From positions 1,088,001 through 1,152,000 of the forward strand of contig OZ244160.1 in NCBI GenBank assembly GCA_965216325.1: a stretch of DNA of 64,000 nucleotides, in the 5' to 3' direction. The notes beneath the pieces were generated by a model. That model was given only the letters and a program-made list of their open reading frames with translations. It had not been told where the DNA came from and did not search any database. Below, piece after piece: positions 44,888 to 54,406 of the stretch. The DNA comes from Coraliomargarita sp. (GTDB lineage: Bacteria > Verrucomicrobiota > Verrucomicrobiia > Opitutales > Coraliomargaritaceae). How positions within the stretch are numbered: the stretch's first letter is position 1; every line of letters starts with the position of its first letter. Position numbers and translations under genes: made by a program.

Positions 44888-46188
44888 GTTTCGACCTCGG
44901 CATCATCCACTAGGCGCACACAAGCGGCTGCAATGAGGATCGATACGCCTCCGAGTAACACAGCATTCATACTGTTGTTGCCCAAGAGTGTTTTCATCAC
45001 TGTGCCTAATCCGAGCGATGCTGCAATTTGTGGGAGCACGATGAAGAAGTTGAAGACTCCCATGTAGAAGCCCATCTTTTCGCTGGGAATTGCATTCGAG
45101 AGCATCGCATATGGCATAGAGAGGATACTCGCCCAAGCGACTCCGACCAGAAGCATCGACAATAGTAGTAAATTCGGACTGCTAATAAACATCACCGAGC
45201 ACAAACCTAGAGCTCCGAGTGCCAAGCATACGGTGTGGATCGCCTTCGCACTGAATTTCTGAACGAGTAGAAGAAGTAAAAAGGAGAAAACAAAGGCGAC
45301 ACCATTATAGACAGAGAAGCAAACTCCACCCCACTCTGCACCGCTTTGATACTCAGGGCTACCATGTGCACCACCGAATACGTGCGTGGCCACTGCAGGG
45401 ATGAAATAAATCCACATGCAGAATAAACCAAACCATGTGAAGAACTGAACGACAGCCAACTGTTTCATCGCACGCGGCATGGAGCCAATCCCTTGAAAGA
45501 TTTCTTTAAATGCATTGGCCACTCCGGCGGTCTCACGCTTGTGCGCTTCAAAGGCCTCCATGTCTTTAGGAGGATACTCTTTGGTGCTTAGCACAGTGTA
45601 AAGCACTGCAAAAAAGAAAACTACGGAGCCTACGTAAAACGCAATGTGAACCGATTGAGGAATCGCATTGCCACTCGCATCGTTGGACACGTTAAACCAG
45701 TTGGTGAGCACCCAGGGGAGCGATGAGGACAGCACTGCCCCCAATCCAATCAGCAAACTCTGCATCGCGAATCCCGTCTTGCGCTGCTCCGAATTCAACT
45801 TGTCTCCAACGAACGCACGAAACGGCTCCATGCTGACGTTGACTGAGGCATCGAGTATCCACAGCAAGCCCGCAGCCATCCAGACCGTCCCCGAGTTCGG
45901 CATCGCGATGAGAGCGAGACTGGCACAAATCGCTCCGACTAGAAAATAAGGCCGCCGACGCCCTAAGCTGCACCAGGTTCGGTCACTGTAGTAACCGACG
46001 ATAGGTTGGACGATGAGGCCGGTAAGCGGTGCAGCCAACCATAGATATGGCATCTTACTTTCGTCTGCACCGAGGTATTGATAAATGGCGCTCATATTGG
46101 CCATCTGCAGGCCCCAGCCAAACTGGATGCCAAAGAAGCCGAAGCTCATATTCCAAATCTGCCAAAACGAAAGACGGGGTTTACTCAT
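44884..46188 (-). CDS. MFS (GPH/SLC45-like) maltose/sucrose-type permease
   Basis: WNMSFGFFGIQFGW, SDRTW..GRRRPY, MEPFRA, MGVFNFFIVLPQ; adjacent to malQ. Confidence 0.88.
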   Translation of the reverse strand: MSKPRLSFWQIWNMSFGFFGIQFGWGLQMANMSAIYQYLGADESKMPYLWLAAPLTGLIVQPIVGYYSDRTWCSLGRRRPYFLVGAICASLALIAMPNSGTVWMAAGLLWILDASVNVSMEPFRAFVGDKLNSEQRKTGFAMQSLLIGLGAVLSSSLPWVLTNWFNVSNDASGNAIPQSVHIAFYVGSVVFFFAVLYTVLSTKEYPPKDMEAFEAHKRETAGVANAFKEIFQGIGSMPRAMKQLAVVQFFTWFGLFCMWIYFIPAVATHVFGGAHGSPEYQSGAEWGGVCFSVYNGVAFVFSFLLLLLVQKFSAKAIHTVCLALGALGLCSVMFISSPNLLLLSMLLVGVAWASILSMPYAMLSNAIPSEKMGFYMGVFNFFIVLPQIAASLGLGTVMKTLLGNNSMNAVLLGGVSILIAAACVRLVDDAEVET

Positions 46189-46212
46189 AATATACTAACG
46201 TTGATTGCCTAA

Positions 46213-47793
46213 TTAAATAGTTGAGTTGATAACTGGAATGTTTGCGAGCCCTCTTCTTGTCTCTGCACTCAGCAAGGCCAAGTCTCGGAATGCCTCATCC
46301 AATGATGCGTTTTGCGAGAGCCTCCAACGCCAGCACCCGGATGCAGTCCCGGGGGTGTTCATGCGTGCCTCCGACCCGAGCCCCAGTATGTCTTGCAGTG
46401 GGACAATTGCAGCGCCGGCATTCGACGCATACAAGCCACGGATAAAGTCCCAATGAATCATGGAGCCATCCGACCCGAAATACTCCAGTGCTTCTGTTCG
46501 CTCATGCTCGATTTGAGTTTGAGTTCGTGTGCTGTGCGCATACGCGACACTGTTAAACCACCCGACTACCGTATCGTTATCATGTGTTCCTGTGTATGCG
46601 GCACAGTTCGTATCATATGCCTCAGGGATGAATGTATGCTTCATAGCATCGTTCCCGAACGCAAATTGCTCAATCCGTATTCCCGGCAAATGAAAGCCAT
46701 CGCGTAGCGCAACGACATCGTCCGTAATAACGCCGAGATCCTCAGCAATCACTGGCAGTGGCATGTCGCAGTCCCGTGCGAAATACTCGAACAGTTCCTT
46801 CCCGGGAGTCTGTATCCAGTGCCCGTCCACTGCCGTTTCCGCATCACCTGGAATTTCCCAGCATGCGGCGAATCCTCGAAAGTGATCAATCCGCACAATG
46901 TCGACCCATTCCAGCATTTTTCGTAATCGTGCACGCCACCATGCAAAACCATCCGCTTGATGCGCTTCCCACCGATACAATGGATTTCCCCATAGCTGGC
47001 CAGTCTCTGAAAAGTAGTCTGGAGGCACGCCTGCAACCACACTGGGACTGCCATCCTGATTTAGCCTGAACAACTCCGGCTGGCACCAGACATCGGCACT
47101 ATCGTGTGCAACGAAGATCGGTAGATCGCCGATGATGCGGACGCCATGCTCAGTTGCTAGAGCACGAACGTGCTCCCACTGTTCGCGTAATAAGAATTGT
47201 TCAAGACGTATTCTATCGAGTTCCGTGGCTGACTTTTGTTTGAAGTGATTGAGCGCTTCAGCCTGACGATCCCGGTAAGCCGCAGGCCACTCAGTCCATG
47301 CCAGCCCGCCGTGCTCATTTTTGAGCGCAATGAAGACTGCAAAGTCCTCCAGCCACTCAGACTCATTAATTCGGAATGCCTCGTATGCTACGCGCAGTTT
47401 GTGCCCCGAGTTGAGTTTAAAGAAACGATCCGCTGCGCGGCAGGACATTTCCATTCGATTGGCATATGCGACAGCATAGTTTACCTGCTTATCATCAGCT
47501 AAGCACAGTGCGCTGAGCTCATCAGCATCCAACAGCCCACAGCTATGTAAATGATCCGGACTGAGGAAAATGGGATTGGCCGCAAAGGCGGATAGTCCTT
47601 GATATGGAGAATCTCCATAGCCAGCAGGATTGAGTGGTAATATTTGCCAGAGGTTTTGCTTTGCTCCTGCGAGACCTTCAATCCACTGCAATGAGCTTGT
47701 GCCAAAGTCGCCAACTCCATACTTACTGGGCAGTGAGCTGACATGCATCAGAATGCCTGCATCACGCTCGAAGAGTTGTTTCATGGTTTCCAT
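46213..47793 (-). CDS. malQ: 4-alpha-glucanotransferase (GH77)
   Basis: WQILPL, GDLPIFV, GVPPDYFS, RIDHFRG, AEDLG, YTGTHDNDT. Confidence 0.95.
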   Translation of the reverse strand: METMKQLFERDAGILMHVSSLPSKYGVGDFGTSSLQWIEGLAGAKQNLWQILPLNPAGYGDSPYQGLSAFAANPIFLSPDHLHSCGLLDADELSALCLADDKQVNYAVAYANRMEMSCRAADRFFKLNSGHKLRVAYEAFRINESEWLEDFAVFIALKNEHGGLAWTEWPAAYRDRQAEALNHFKQKSATELDRIRLEQFLLREQWEHVRALATEHGVRIIGDLPIFVAHDSADVWCQPELFRLNQDGSPSVVAGVPPDYFSETGQLWGNPLYRWEAHQADGFAWWRARLRKMLEWVDIVRIDHFRGFAACWEIPGDAETAVDGHWIQTPGKELFEYFARDCDMPLPVIAEDLGVITDDVVALRDGFHLPGIRIEQFAFGNDAMKHTFIPEAYDTNCAAYTGTHDNDTVVGWFNSVAYAHSTRTQTQIEHERTEALEYFGSDGSMIHWDFIRGLYASNAGAAIVPLQDILGLGSEARMNTPGTASGCWRWRLSQNASLDEAFRDLALLSAETRRGLANIPVINSTI

Positions 47794-47849
47794 CAAGTTC
47801 AATTAACACCAATTTAAGGGACTCGTCTTCGATCGCAGCTGATTGCCAA

Positions 47850-47862
47850 TTTGACAGTTGAA
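47850..47862. promoter_or_regulatory. Candidate operator (TTCAAC-N-GTTGAA family) upstream of malQ
   Basis: tttgacagttgaa, 2 mismatches to the palindrome. Confidence 0.6.
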
Positions 47863-47905
47863 CCAGCGGTTGACTCCCCAAACTCCATAGCAACAACAGA
47901 ATCCA

Positions 47906-50900
47906 TTAGTTAACATAAATCGCTGACTGCATCGGCTCCAGGCGTAGACTGATATGGCCATCCTCAGCTATTGCAGTCGTTCCGCTAAGCACATCACTGA
48001 GTGCTTCAGAGCTAATTTCAGGAGCTAATTTCAGCTTGAGCACCTTTACCTCGGACGAACGGTTAAAGACAATCAATGCTCGGTCCTGATCGTATGCTCG
48101 GATGTATGCATAGACATCCTCACCCGCGACTAAAACACGCCGACTTCCCTGGTAGAGCGCGGGGTGTTTCCGGCGCGCTTTGGCTACCGTCGAAAAGTGT
48201 GCACGAACGGACATTTCATCAGCACTGACATCCTGTCCAAATCGCATCATCCTACGGTTGTCAGGGTCGCCAGCACCGGTCATCCCGATTTCATCCCCGT
48301 AGTAGATCATTGGAATCCCGTCGATTGTGAACAGGAAGGTCAGTGCCATCTTGAGCTTCGCGTATGATGCTGGATCATCGACTTGCAGCGTCCGGCTCCA
48401 TCCCACTTCTTCATCGTCCGGTTCATTGGCATCCGGCAAGTCGCCATCAGCATAGGCCATAAAGCGCGGCTTATCATGATTGCCGACTAGGGCTGACATG
48501 CGCACGGTGCGTCCATAACTTTGCTCTGAGGCTCGCAGCGCAGTTTCTAAATCGGCAAAGCTAACCGCATGCTGCGCAAAACAAGGTACCAAGACATCGT
48601 AGAGCGGAAAATCAAACTGCCCATCCAGCATATTGGCGCCAACGAAGTCGGCGATTCCCTCGCGGCTCTGAAAAGTCTCTCCAACAAAGTAGTGGTTTTC
48701 CTCAGGGAAAGCATCGCGCATGCGGGTCCGGAACCGCCACCAGAAATCAGGGCGAATGTGCTTAACTGCGTCCAATCGATATCCGTCCAGTTTGTATTCA
48801 TGTATCCAATACGATGCATCTTCGAGAAGGAACTCAACCGCCTCTGGGTTTCTAAAATCAAAAGCAGGTAAGAATGGCTCAAACCATGTAGTGTATGGGT
48901 TATCGTTCCAGCGCCGTAAGTTACGGCTACCATCACTCAATTCCAACTGGCCGAATAAGTCAGGGCGTTCGGTTCGAATGGGGTTGCTGGCATGCACATG
49001 TTTCAGGACGAGGTCTGCGAGCACCTTCATGTCGCGCTCATGCGCAGTTTCAATAAGCTGCTGTAAGTCTTCTTCTCCCCCAAACCGTTGCTCGACGCCA
49101 TAGCGCTCAACCGGCCAATAACCATGATAGCCCGTATAAGACCGATACGGCGGCAAATATTCTTTCCATGCATCCATCGGATTTTGATTCAATGGTGCTA
49201 GCCAGATTACATTCACGCCTAGTTCCTCGAAGTAATTACTTTCGAGTTTTTTACGAATGCCTTCAAAGTCTCCGCCTTGGTAGTTGGCTGCGTCTGCGAC
49301 ATCAGGGGCATTGACAGCGTTCGAATTGGATGTGTTGCCGTCGTAAAAACGATCAGTGAACGCGTAGTAGATAATATCGTCGCGCCAATCATCAATGCTG
49401 TCGCCTTGGAAGCGGGCAATTACAGGCAGACTACAGCGATTGGTCTCATCTATTGCCAGAACCCTGATGAGTGCCGGTTCTACAAGTGTGGGACTCTTTG
49501 CGATGACTATCTCCTGTCCGTTAACCTGAGCGCTCAGCGGGATGACGCCGCCGGATTGTGGTAAGGCCTCTGCGATCACTGACTGTAGCAGTTTATTGGA
49601 CTGCAAGACTATTGATACCGCCGTCACCTGAGACACAAAGACTGTTGCAGGTTCAGCATTCGGCCCACCCTCACCGATCGACGCGAGACTGTTGTGGCCA
49701 CCATAGCCGTCAGCTTCGCGTTGGTCATTGTCCGGGTCTGTTACCCAGTTGCCGTCAATGATGTATTTATAGCGGTAGATGCCGGCATTGAGTACCTTGC
49801 TTAACGTCCAACCCTTTGGAGTCTTTTCCATAAGGTCAGCATTCGTGTTCCAGCCATTGAAATCGCCGACCAGCGAGACGGAACCGGCCGACTGATAGCC
49901 GTTCAACTTGAACTCAAAAGTGGGTGTCGATTCGACCACCAAGGTTAAGCGGCTCTCGATGGTTTGCGCGTCCTCGGTGATCGGCTCTAGGCTAAGTGGA
50001 ATGATCCGTGGGCCATTGACTCCCGGAGCCACCGAAAGCTTAAGCTGATGGTTTAAGGGATCCAGGTCCACGCCGATTCCGTCGGTTGCAAGCGCGGCAA
50101 AGCGATGTGTTGATCCGGGGTTACCAAAGCGCCGCAGATCAATCTGCTTCATTTCTCCACCACGTAGACATATTACAGGAGGCGCACCTAGATAGGCTCT
50201 GCCTGGCTTAAGCACGGGACTCAGTGCCATTTCCTTATCTGGCGCATCCTCGGTGCTGAGCTCCCAGTAATATGCAGAGAGTGGCTTCAGGTTATCCAGG
50301 TAGATGCCTTCTCGTATGGCCTCTGCGACAGGAATTGCACGCACCGGTTGGCCATCATTAGCGAGGCGGTCACGTGCAATCAACCATTGGTCTATATTGC
50401 GCTCCAAGTGCAAACTTTCGGTGACTGCTTGCGGGAGGCGCACGCGAACGTGGCGTAATGTGGCGGATGGGTGAAAATTGCTAGTGACCAAGAAGTGAGA
50501 GTCCTCGGCAGGGTCACTGCGAACGTAGGCATGTAACCAATGGCCGGATGGCCCAATGTCTTCGACTTTACCGAAATACGGATTGGCACGATTCGGTAAG
50601 TTCAGCAGGTAACTGTTTCCTGTAGAAAAAGCCGGATGGCTCTGCAGTTGTAGCAATCGAGTATACCATGCGCGCAACTCGCGTTGCTCTTCGGATAGCA
50701 ATGCGCCATCAGCGGAACCGGAGTTCCACCATTTGTTCAACTCCGGAAGTGACCAATAGTCAAAAATCGTGGTCCGCTGATCATCTCCTCCAAAGCCCTC
50801 GACACCAAGGCCTGGTTCGCCGACTTCCTGCCCATGATAAATCATCACCGGGCCGCGGGACAGCCCAAACAGCGTCGCTGAAACCGGTCGCCCCACATGC

Positions 50901-52639
50901 TTCCCCTGGCCACCCCAGGTGTCCGGATGGGCCAGACGGATTTCGTCATGGTTCTCAGCATAGCGAAGTGCACAGTCAAAAAAGAAAGCATTCAGGCCTT
51001 GTTGGACATCATCCAGGTCATTGGCCCATGCCTTGCCGCTCATTAGATGCTCAAGCGTATCGTATCCAGGATCGTCATACACGGCATTAAAGCCGGCATC
51101 TAACAGTGCGAGCATCACACTATCGTCGGGGCGTAGAGATGGATCACGACTCGGCACCTTGGCGGGATCGTCGTTGTAAGCTTCTGCGCAAAAGAAAACA
51201 TCCGGATTGCGCTCCTTCGCGCGATGGATCAGCCACTTCCAAAACTCCGGCGGCACCATGTGCGACATATCAGAGCGGAAGCCATCCACACCCATGCTTT
51301 GCCAATACGCAATAATGACATCCATCTTCCTCCAGGTGTCCGGGATTCGTTTCTTCGGATCCACGGCTGAAGGGTATTCAGGTGCGCGACCGGGGTTTAA
51401 GAAATCAAAGCCATAGTTAAGTTTTACCGTTTCATACCAGTCACCATTGGATGGACTCCAATTTGCGACATTATTACCCGTGACTCGACCGTGGTGTCTT
51501 TCTGGAGCAAAATAGCCATCTGCCCCACCGACGATTTGTGCCGTTTCGTTGACCACGCGGCCTGTGGAGTGATCGACAGTCGGCAATCGCAGTGGTGCCC
51601 CGCCCTGCACAATTTCAGGGGTGAGGTAAAAGAAGTTGTTTCGCGGGTCGAAGTAAGCACTCCGGCGGTCGTGGTTGCCAAACTCCCAGTCAGGATAGAT
51701 GTCGGAGCGATAACTGCGGGCAACATGGTTCGGCACAAAGTCGATGATCAGCGCAATGCCAGCATCCTCCATACGAATCGCCAAATCACGAAACTCATCT
51801 AATCGTGCTCCGGGCGTGTCGGCGTAGTCAGGTGAGACGTCAAAGTAATCGCGAATCGCATAGGGGCTTCCTGCAATACCTTTTAGTAAATCCGGATCGT
51901 CAGGCTTTTGCCCGACACTACTGTAATCTGTTGAGGTTGCTTGCTGAAGAACACCCGTTAGCCAAATGTGTGTAAAGCCATCCTCCTTGAAGCCTTCGAG
52001 CACTGCTGGGCTGAGATCGCTAAATTTACCCGTTCCATTCTCTAGCACAGTGCCGTTGGTTTTGCGTGTTTCGTTCTCATTGCCGAAGAGTCGCGGGAGC
52101 ATCTGGTAGATGCGTGGCTTTGCGTCCGGCTCTCCATAGCGCCCAGCCAGACGATAATCCCCCGAGTCGGCAACGGTGTAGTAAAATGGCAAATAAACAT
52201 CCCCCTCTCCGGATCGGCTGGCATAGCTGTGGTCTAACGCAAACTCACCATTTGTACTCACTGTAAACGACTGAAACGCTCGCACGCGATCGAGCGCATC
52301 ATAGCCATCCATTGCCAAGTGTAAGTGATTGCCTGTGATGGAAACCGAGACCTTCGCATCCTGAAAATTGCTCCACTTCAGGCCGTGGTAGACACGAACC
52401 CCTAGCGGACGCTCGTCTTGCAGCGCAATCAGCACGTCGGCCTGAAAGGGTAAAAATAAACGCCTGCCTTCTCTCCCCTCTACAATTGTCGATCCCACTC
52501 CGTCGGTCGCATCCAGTGCGATCCAGTGCATGGCAGCAGCGTCTGACTGGGGCAGTTCCAGGTCTAATTCAATCGATTGAGCCTGAATACAAAGTGCTAC
52601 GAAATTGACCAGAACAAGAAGGAGCCGTTGGAACATCAT
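47906..52639 (-). CDS. Secreted glycoside hydrolase with two GH13 domains separated by a CBM48-like module
   Basis: Signal peptide; domain 1 YQMLPRLFGN, GFRSDMSH, AEAY, ENHDE; VGDFNGW...YKYIIDGNW module; domain 2 TDRFYDG, YRLDAVKH, VGETF, GNHD. Confidence 0.92.
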   Translation of the reverse strand: MMFQRLLLVLVNFVALCIQAQSIELDLELPQSDAAAMHWIALDATDGVGSTIVEGREGRRLFLPFQADVLIALQDERPLGVRVYHGLKWSNFQDAKVSVSITGNHLHLAMDGYDALDRVRAFQSFTVSTNGEFALDHSYASRSGEGDVYLPFYYTVADSGDYRLAGRYGEPDAKPRIYQMLPRLFGNENETRKTNGTVLENGTGKFSDLSPAVLEGFKEDGFTHIWLTGVLQQATSTDYSSVGQKPDDPDLLKGIAGSPYAIRDYFDVSPDYADTPGARLDEFRDLAIRMEDAGIALIIDFVPNHVARSYRSDIYPDWEFGNHDRRSAYFDPRNNFFYLTPEIVQGGAPLRLPTVDHSTGRVVNETAQIVGGADGYFAPERHHGRVTGNNVANWSPSNGDWYETVKLNYGFDFLNPGRAPEYPSAVDPKKRIPDTWRKMDVIIAYWQSMGVDGFRSDMSHMVPPEFWKWLIHRAKERNPDVFFCAEAYNDDPAKVPSRDPSLRPDDSVMLALLDAGFNAVYDDPGYDTLEHLMSGKAWANDLDDVQQGLNAFFFDCALRYAENHDEIRLAHPDTWGGQGKHVGRPVSATLFGLSRGPVMIYHGQEVGEPGLGVEGFGGDDQRTTIFDYWSLPELNKWWNSGSADGALLSEEQRELRAWYTRLLQLQSHPAFSTGNSYLLNLPNRANPYFGKVEDIGPSGHWLHAYVRSDPAEDSHFLVTSNFHPSATLRHVRVRLPQAVTESLHLERNIDQWLIARDRLANDGQPVRAIPVAEAIREGIYLDNLKPLSAYYWELSTEDAPDKEMALSPVLKPGRAYLGAPPVICLRGGEMKQIDLRRFGNPGSTHRFAALATDGIGVDLDPLNHQLKLSVAPGVNGPRIIPLSLEPITEDAQTIESRLTLVVESTPTFEFKLNGYQSAGSVSLVGDFNGWNTNADLMEKTPKGWTLSKVLNAGIYRYKYIIDGNWVTDPDNDQREADGYGGHNSLASIGEGGPNAEPATVFVSQVTAVSIVLQSNKLLQSVIAEALPQSGGVIPLSAQVNGQEIVIAKSPTLVEPALIRVLAIDETNRCSLPVIARFQGDSIDDWRDDIIYYAFTDRFYDGNTSNSNAVNAPDVADAANYQGGDFEGIRKKLESNYFEELGVNVIWLAPLNQNPMDAWKEYLPPYRSYTGYHGYWPVERYGVEQRFGGEEDLQQLIETAHERDMKVLADLVLKHVHASNPIRTERPDLFGQLELSDGSRNLRRWNDNPYTTWFEPFLPAFDFRNPEAVEFLLEDASYWIHEYKLDGYRLDAVKHIRPDFWWRFRTRMRDAFPEENHYFVGETFQSREGIADFVGANMLDGQFDFPLYDVLVPCFAQHAVSFADLETALRASEQSYGRTVRMSALVGNHDKPRFMAYADGDLPDANEPDDEEVGWSRTLQVDDPASYAKLKMALTFLFTIDGIPMIYYGDEIGMTGAGDPDNRRMMRFGQDVSADEMSVRAHFSTVAKARRKHPALYQGSRRVLVAGEDVYAYIRAYDQDRALIVFNRSSEVKVLKLKLAPEISSEALSDVLSGTTAIAEDGHISLRLEPMQSAIYVN

Positions 52640-52718
52640 TTAGAAAATCAATAAGATCGTTAAAGGAGATACGATTTAACTAAAAAGGTTTCCTCGTAAC
52701 CCTGCACACTTAGCTCAA

Positions 52719-52752
52719 TTGGACAGTTGAATTTGAGAATTCAACTGTTTCG
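52719..52752. promoter_or_regulatory. Two candidate operators in the divergent promoter region
   Basis: ttggacagttgaa (52719) and ttcaactgtttcg (52740); together they form ACAGTTGAAT-N6-ATTCAACTGT. Confidence 0.65.
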
Positions 52753-52817
52753 CGCACAGTGGACTTAACTGGACATGCTCAACTTGTTTATGTAGTGTGC
52801 ATAAACCACATCTAGCC

Positions 52818-53615
52818 ATGAATACTTCCCGACTTCTTCCCTTATTCTGCCTAAGTGGTACTTCTCTTTTTGCGCTTACCGCGTCGGATGATGCATCTAA
52901 TTATGGCGGCGGCTGGACCTCGGGAACGAACTTCGGATCAGGCTTCACCGATTGGTTCTTAACCAGCGATGATAATGCAGGCGCTGGATTTGCAGGTAGT
53001 TTTGTAGATGATTCCACGGATGGTGCAGGCGATATTAATACAGGCACCAATCAATCATTTGGACTCTTCGCAAACTCCGACGCTGGGGCGACTTCTTCCG
53101 CAATACGAAGTTTCTCTAGTGCACTCTCCATCAACGATCAGTTCGAAGTCGACTTGGCACTCAATTTTGATAACGGCAACAAGGGCTTCAATCTCCGTAA
53201 TGGCGGCACTCAAGTTTTCGGCTTCAATGTGGGCGGCGGAGCGCAAATTAATACTGCGTTTACCAACAATGCCACGACAGCAATTTACGACTATGGCGAT
53301 GATGCTATGCTGCATGCTGTCATTAAGGTGATTGGGGCGGACACTATTGAATATGAGATTAGTCGTATCTCCAATCTGGGAACACAAGGTGTGCTCTTTG
53401 CGGGCTCCATAACTGGCATTACGAACCCCATTGATAATGTCGAATTTTACATCACCGGCACGGACGATGGTGACCCGGCTAACAACTTTTACTTCAATTC
53501 ATTGATTGTGAGTGAGGTTCCGGAGCTGAGTTCAACCAGTTTGCTTCTAGGCATAGCAACGTTCAGTTTTTGTTTCCGGCGCCGGAATTTACGGTCCTTC
53601 AGGTCGCTAAAATAG
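52818..53615 (+). CDS. PEP-CTERM-type surface protein 1
   Basis: Signal peptide, Gly/Asn/Asp-rich beta domain, C-terminal VPELSS + hydrophobic helix + RRR. Confidence 0.85.
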   Translation: MNTSRLLPLFCLSGTSLFALTASDDASNYGGGWTSGTNFGSGFTDWFLTSDDNAGAGFAGSFVDDSTDGAGDINTGTNQSFGLFANSDAGATSSAIRSFSSALSINDQFEVDLALNFDNGNKGFNLRNGGTQVFGFNVGGGAQINTAFTNNATTAIYDYGDDAMLHAVIKVIGADTIEYEISRISNLGTQGVLFAGSITGITNPIDNVEFYITGTDDGDPANNFYFNSLIVSEVPELSSTSLLLGIATFSFCFRRRNLRSFRSLK

Positions 53616-53620
53616 CAGTA

Positions 53621-53633
53621 GTAAACGGTTGAA
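53621..53633. promoter_or_regulatory. Candidate operator upstream of PEP-CTERM protein 2
   Basis: gtaaacggttgaa, 2 mismatches to the palindrome. Confidence 0.55.
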
Positions 53634-53728
53634 CTTTAAAAAGTTTTCAAAGCGTGAATTCATTACACATATTTTACTTAACTATTATTTAGCTGTAACT
53701 CATTTACCCCTTAATTGTCTTAACATCT

Positions 53729-54352
53729 ATGAAACCTACACTACTTGCTGCTAGCACGTGCCTACTCGCCTTCTCCACAGCTCATGCCGCCTCGGGGATT
53801 TTTGGATCCTATATTGGCATAACAGCAGAAGGCTCATCTGAAGCCATTTACGGTGAGCAGCAGCCGGGACCAAACTTTGTCTTGGGTTTCAATAGTGCTG
53901 ATCTCGGCGATTTAAACCTAGGTGAGACGCTAACAATTTCTTCAGCTGAAGTGCTGACTTTTAAGAACGGAATCAGTGATGTTTTTGGTGCGGAGCTAAA
54001 TTATCGCGTCTATGAAAATGGCGGCAGTGCCGGTGCGTTCAATACGGTAGCGATCAACTTTGGTAGCAACGCCCCTTTTACTGATTTTGCAGGTAATAGC
54101 TTTTCCAATGGCGGTGACCAAAGCTGGAGCAACATTGCATCCACTCCGGAGGTCGCGAGTGCGCTAACTGCGGGTGATTATGTTCTAGAGATTTTCTGGA
54201 AAGCCACGACAAGTGATGGCGATCAGTTTGTAAACAACGGGGGAAGTAACTATCTGGCTAGCTTTACAGTTGTTCCAGAGCCTAGCTCTTACGCGTTGAT
54301 TGCAGGTATGCTCGGAGTTTGTATTGTTGCCCTTCGCCGGCGACACGCCTAA
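53729..54352 (+). CDS. PEP-CTERM surface protein 2
   Basis: Signal peptide ending AHA, C-terminal VPEPSSYALIAG...RRR. Confidence 0.92.
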   Translation: MKPTLLAASTCLLAFSTAHAASGIFGSYIGITAEGSSEAIYGEQQPGPNFVLGFNSADLGDLNLGETLTISSAEVLTFKNGISDVFGAELNYRVYENGGSAGAFNTVAINFGSNAPFTDFAGNSFSNGGDQSWSNIASTPEVASALTAGDYVLEIFWKATTSDGDQFVNNGGSNYLASFTVVPEPSSYALIAGMLGVCIVALRRRHA

Positions 54353-54373
54353 GCAAGCGATAACTTTTATCCT

Positions 54374-54404
54374 AAGGCACTGATTATTATCAGTGCCTTT
54401 TTTT
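54374..54404 (+). terminator. Intrinsic terminator; target of intron copy 2
   Basis: aaggcactgat-tatt-atcagtgcctt plus T run, ending 2 nt before the intron. Confidence 0.85.
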
Positions 54405-54406
54405 GT

